From Podarcis melisellensis (Eukaryota), in assembly GCA_964234715.1 (NCBI GenBank), contig OZ174277.1: DNA of 64,000 nt. The stretch is one strand, 5' to 3'. Shown here one piece after another: positions 60,487-64,000 of the stretch. The notes under the pieces were generated by a model. That model did no database searches and was not told the origin of the DNA. It saw only the letters and a list, made by a program, of their open reading frames with translations. Positions within the stretch are counted from its first letter, which is position 1. Every line of letters begins with the position of its first letter. The position numbers and the translations under genes were made by a program.

Positions 60487-60633
60487 CAGTGGCGTAGTGT
60501 GGGGGGTGCAGGGGGGGCCGGCCGCACCGGGCGCAACATCTGGGGGTTAGGATTAGGGGGCGCAAATCCACGGGTTAGGGGCTCCAAATTACTTGCCTTG
60601 CCCTGGGTGCTGACAACCCACGCTACGCCACTG
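60487..60633. mobile_element. hAT-type MITE
   Basis: TIR cagtggcgtagtgtggg / cccacgctacgccactg with a perfect 8-bp TSD aggagggg. Confidence 0.9.
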
Positions 60634-63106
60634 AGGAGGGGAAAGGCCTCAATGCTCATTCTCCACAACCACTCAACAACACATGGATGCATGCCTCCAC
60701 CCTGGAAGCTGAGCCCAGTTAAAGATTGAAAGCCTCTGTTTGTTGAGCATTCATCCTGATTTCCTTGCACAGTGCTTACACAGGGGTTCGAATATGGCTG
60801 TGTACACCCTGTACCTTTAAAGCACATTCGAAGCACATTGTTTCCCTCAAAGAATTCTGGGCATTATAGTTTGCTGAGGGTTGCTAGGAATTGTAACTCT
60901 GTGAGGAACAAACTACAGTGCCCACAATTCCTTGAGAAAAAGAAAGTGCTTTAAAGGTATTGGGTGCATCCTGATTGGCTTGTAGGGAGGTAATATGACA
61001 GTGAGCATTCATCCCAATTTGCTTCCACAGAGTTTACACATCTCCCCATCAATCAATCATCTATTCTCCACTTTTTAGTGCATTTCCCCATCACTTTCCT
61101 AGCTGCAAATAAACAAAATGAAAACCAACCAGCAACCTTGCTTTGTTTTTAAGTGGATTTGTTTCTACAGAGCGATTTAATTTCCGGCATGTGATTGAAT
61201 CCTTTTTGCAAAATACTGACAGTCTAGAGGAGACCAAAGAATTTCCTTCTCACTTTCTGCAACACCAACAGGGAAATGGCTGCAAAGGTGGGAATCCTGC
61301 TCTTCCTGCTGTGGGGAAGATGCCATTCTCAGAGTCTCTCTCACCCTGAAGAAACAAGAGAAAATATCTACTTGCTACCCACCAGGCAATATTCTGTTGA
61401 CTCTTGCACAAAAAAGAGTTTCCCATCCAACAGCAGAAATTGCCTCCCTAGACCAAAAGGAAACAGATGGCAGACTGGCACTGGTCTAAAATAGATGCCC
61501 AACTAACCACAGAAAAGGTACATATTGGCCAAATAAGTGGCAATGCTGGCCAATCACAATACAGCACTGTTTTCTCTACTCTGCTAGTCTTCTGAACAAC
61601 CATGGTAGCTTGGCGTTGATTCTGGTGCTCCCAGGACATGTCTACAATGATTTTAGTTATACAAAATGGATATGCCCCTTGCTTGTAAATAGACCCTCTA
61701 AACAGTTTTACAAAAATAAATAAATAAAACATTTGACACAACATTTGTTAGAAGAGAGATGGGGAGGAAGGCTTCTGTGGCAATAGAGCTTGGCAGCTGC
61801 CATTTGGAATGGGAAGAGTAGGACTTTGATTGACGCTCGGTCCCTTGAAGGTTGATCAGGACAATATTGGGTACATGTAGAAACTTGGATCACATCCATG
61901 CCATACATTTAAAGCACATGGCTTCCCCAACAAAGAATCAGGGAAGTTTGTTCACAGTTCTGGGAAGTATAGTTCTCTGAGGACTAAACTACAGCTCCCA
62001 GGATTCTTTGAGGGATGTCTTAAATGTGTGGTGTGGCTGTGACCTTAGCTACAGAGAAAAAAGCCACAGTTATCAAAGTCCAGATTTGGAAATACTTAAC
62101 TGTACTCTGTGTTTCAGGACAGTATGTGGAAATAAGCACTTGCGTATATCTAAAGCACTGGGCGAATTAAGAGAATTAAGGAATGATCTTTTATTTAAAA
62201 ATAACAACAACCCACAATGTACTTCCTACATTGTACTGTACGTGTAGCTTGAAGATAAGAAAATGTGCAGTCTATGATAGTCTCTTAGATAATTTAGTAA
62301 TAGTTCTGTTCCTTTGCAGTCCAAAAGAATACCAAGTTTTTAAAACATTACAAAGATTCCTTTGGAAGCCAGGTTTCATGATTCAGAAAGAGAAATATTC
62401 ACTCATGCTTTGAAGTGAAACAATCCCCTCTTGCGTGCGTGCCTTGAAGTGCAATGGTCACACAAAGTACCTGATGGATAAATGTACTGGTATCTGGCTT
62501 GAAGAATAGGGGTGCAAAAACCCAAGAGCAGGACATTTCCAAAAGCGAGATTATGCCATAAAAGGGAATTGTTTTCTGCACCAAGTGTTCTGCAAAAGCT
62601 TCTGTATCAGCCTTTGGTCTAAATCGTTTGTTAGATCAGTTGTCAAAACAAAGGAATCTGAGTATTGTTAAACTGAGGACAAAGGTAACTATTGTAGATG
62701 GAGTTTCTGTGGCATGCTGCCTGCTCCCTCTGACAAAGGGCTTAAGCACCATGTTGTGTGGATGGGGGAACTGAACTGTGAGCAATAGCCAACACATTGT
62801 TATTACAAGGCATAAGTGTCTCTTACATCTGACACACTGCGGCTGCATCCCTGCTCTGAAGTGATGGGGTGACTTCTGATGTCAAAGAAATTTGACTTGA
62901 GAGCTACGCCTGGCAAACACTGTCAGCTGGTACACAGCATGTTCACTGTGGGGCCTGGGATCACGTCCCACATCAGCCGTTGGTTCACCTGGTGAATCTG
63001 TTGAGTCACTATTGTTCGTCTCAGTTTCCTCATCTGCAAAATGGGGACAATAATCCCCTATTGTCCGGGAGGTGCTGGCAGGATGACTGAGAAATGCTTC
63101 ATCAAG

Positions 63107-63657
63107 CCAAAGAAGGATAGAACATTCTTTTTGTATGCTACAACAGCAGCAAGAATACTCATCGCAAAGTATTGGAAGACACAAGATCTACCCACCTTGG
63201 AAGAATGGCAGATGAAGGTGATAGACTATATGGGACTGGCAGAAATGACTGGCAGAATCCGAGACCAGGGAAGAGAGACGGCGGAAGAAGATTGGAAGAA
63301 ACTTAAAGACTATCTTGGGAAATATTGTAAAATTAATGAATGTTAGAGTGATGTTGGTTTAGAAATTAAGTGGTTTTCAGCTGTAATGATTAAGTAAAAA
63401 GAAAAGAAAGGTTGAAAATTAAATGAAAACTAAGGGAGAGGATTTGCTGAATTAATAATTAGAAATTGGAATACAAAAAGGGGAGGTATGAGGAGGTCTG
63501 GGAAGTAAGTTACATGAAAATAAGGGAATGAAACTTTACCTGTTTTTAAACTGTTTTTAGTTTTGTATTTTTTTATTTTTGATATGTATTTTTTTGTTGT
63601 GTTTATTTTTTCTGTATATTCTTTGAAAAGTTAATAAATATCTTTTTTTAAAAAAGA
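63107..63657 (+). mobile_element. 5'-truncated L1 3' end inserted in a MIR/CORE-SINE remnant
   Basis: ORF2 C-terminus AARILIAKYWKTQDLPTLEEW, AT-rich 3' UTR and AATAAA. An 18-bp TSD gagaaatgcttcatcaag lies at 63089-63106 and 63658-63675. The CORE motif 'ctcagtttcctcatctgcaaaatgggg' is at about 63020. Confidence 0.9.
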
Positions 63658-64000
63658 GAGAAATGCTTCATCAAGAGCTGAAAATATACTATTATGTCTT
63701 TTAAAATCTCTGTTTAAAAAATCAGACCGGATAGCACCAAAGTAGGCATAATTAATTAGAGCAATCCGTTTCAAAATAAAATGTGTTTTTTTCCTGAGGG
63801 AAAACTCCATTACAATGCCCAGTTATGAGCTGCACCTGCAAATTTCAATCCAAAGAGCAAACTGTTTCAAAGATGGTGGACTTGAACTGACTGTATGGGA
63901 TGTTAGGCACTTAGAGAATCTGGAGCCAATCTTTGTGCTCAGATTTCTGGGATCAGCTGATAGCCAGTGTTACCAGCAAGTGCTCAGAGCAGCTTACAGT

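Noticed and set aside
60540-60582. Telomere-like GGGTTAG words
   Set aside because: Only isolated units inside a hAT MITE, not an interstitial telomeric array.

Overview
Squamate genomic DNA, probably a lacertid lizard (inferred from Sauria/Squam-type SINEs, CR1, L2, L1 and Penelope relics). Most of the window appears to be 5' intronic sequence of an unidentified minus-strand gene whose CpG-island promoter and non-coding first exon lie near 58.2-58.6 kb; I found no convincing host coding exon. The main feature is a complete, apparently very young Ngaro-type tyrosine-recombinase retrotransposon (35602-42939, + strand). It has split direct repeats A1...B1-A2-spacer-B2 and uninterrupted gag, RT/RNaseH, tyrosine recombinase and SGNH-hydrolase ORFs. 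Two diverged ~0.8 kb solo A-spacer-B relics of related families lie at 14639-15430 (+) and ~2527-3360 (-). Comparing the three by eye reveals a conserved cis-acting module: (i) an antisense G-quadruplex motif starting exactly at the A/spacer border; (ii) a covarying stem/U-rich internal loop/stem resembling an ENE poly(A) triple-helix element; (iii) a spacer 9-11-mer complementary to the end of AAUAAA and the following bases; (iv) a covarying 12-14 bp long-range stem and an invariant GGGT-N4-CGTTAAAGG motif inside B. The full element also has phase-matched splice sites that could fuse Gag to the recombinase or the hydrolase, and tandem CTCF-like sites. All alignments and folds were done by eye and need computational confirmation.
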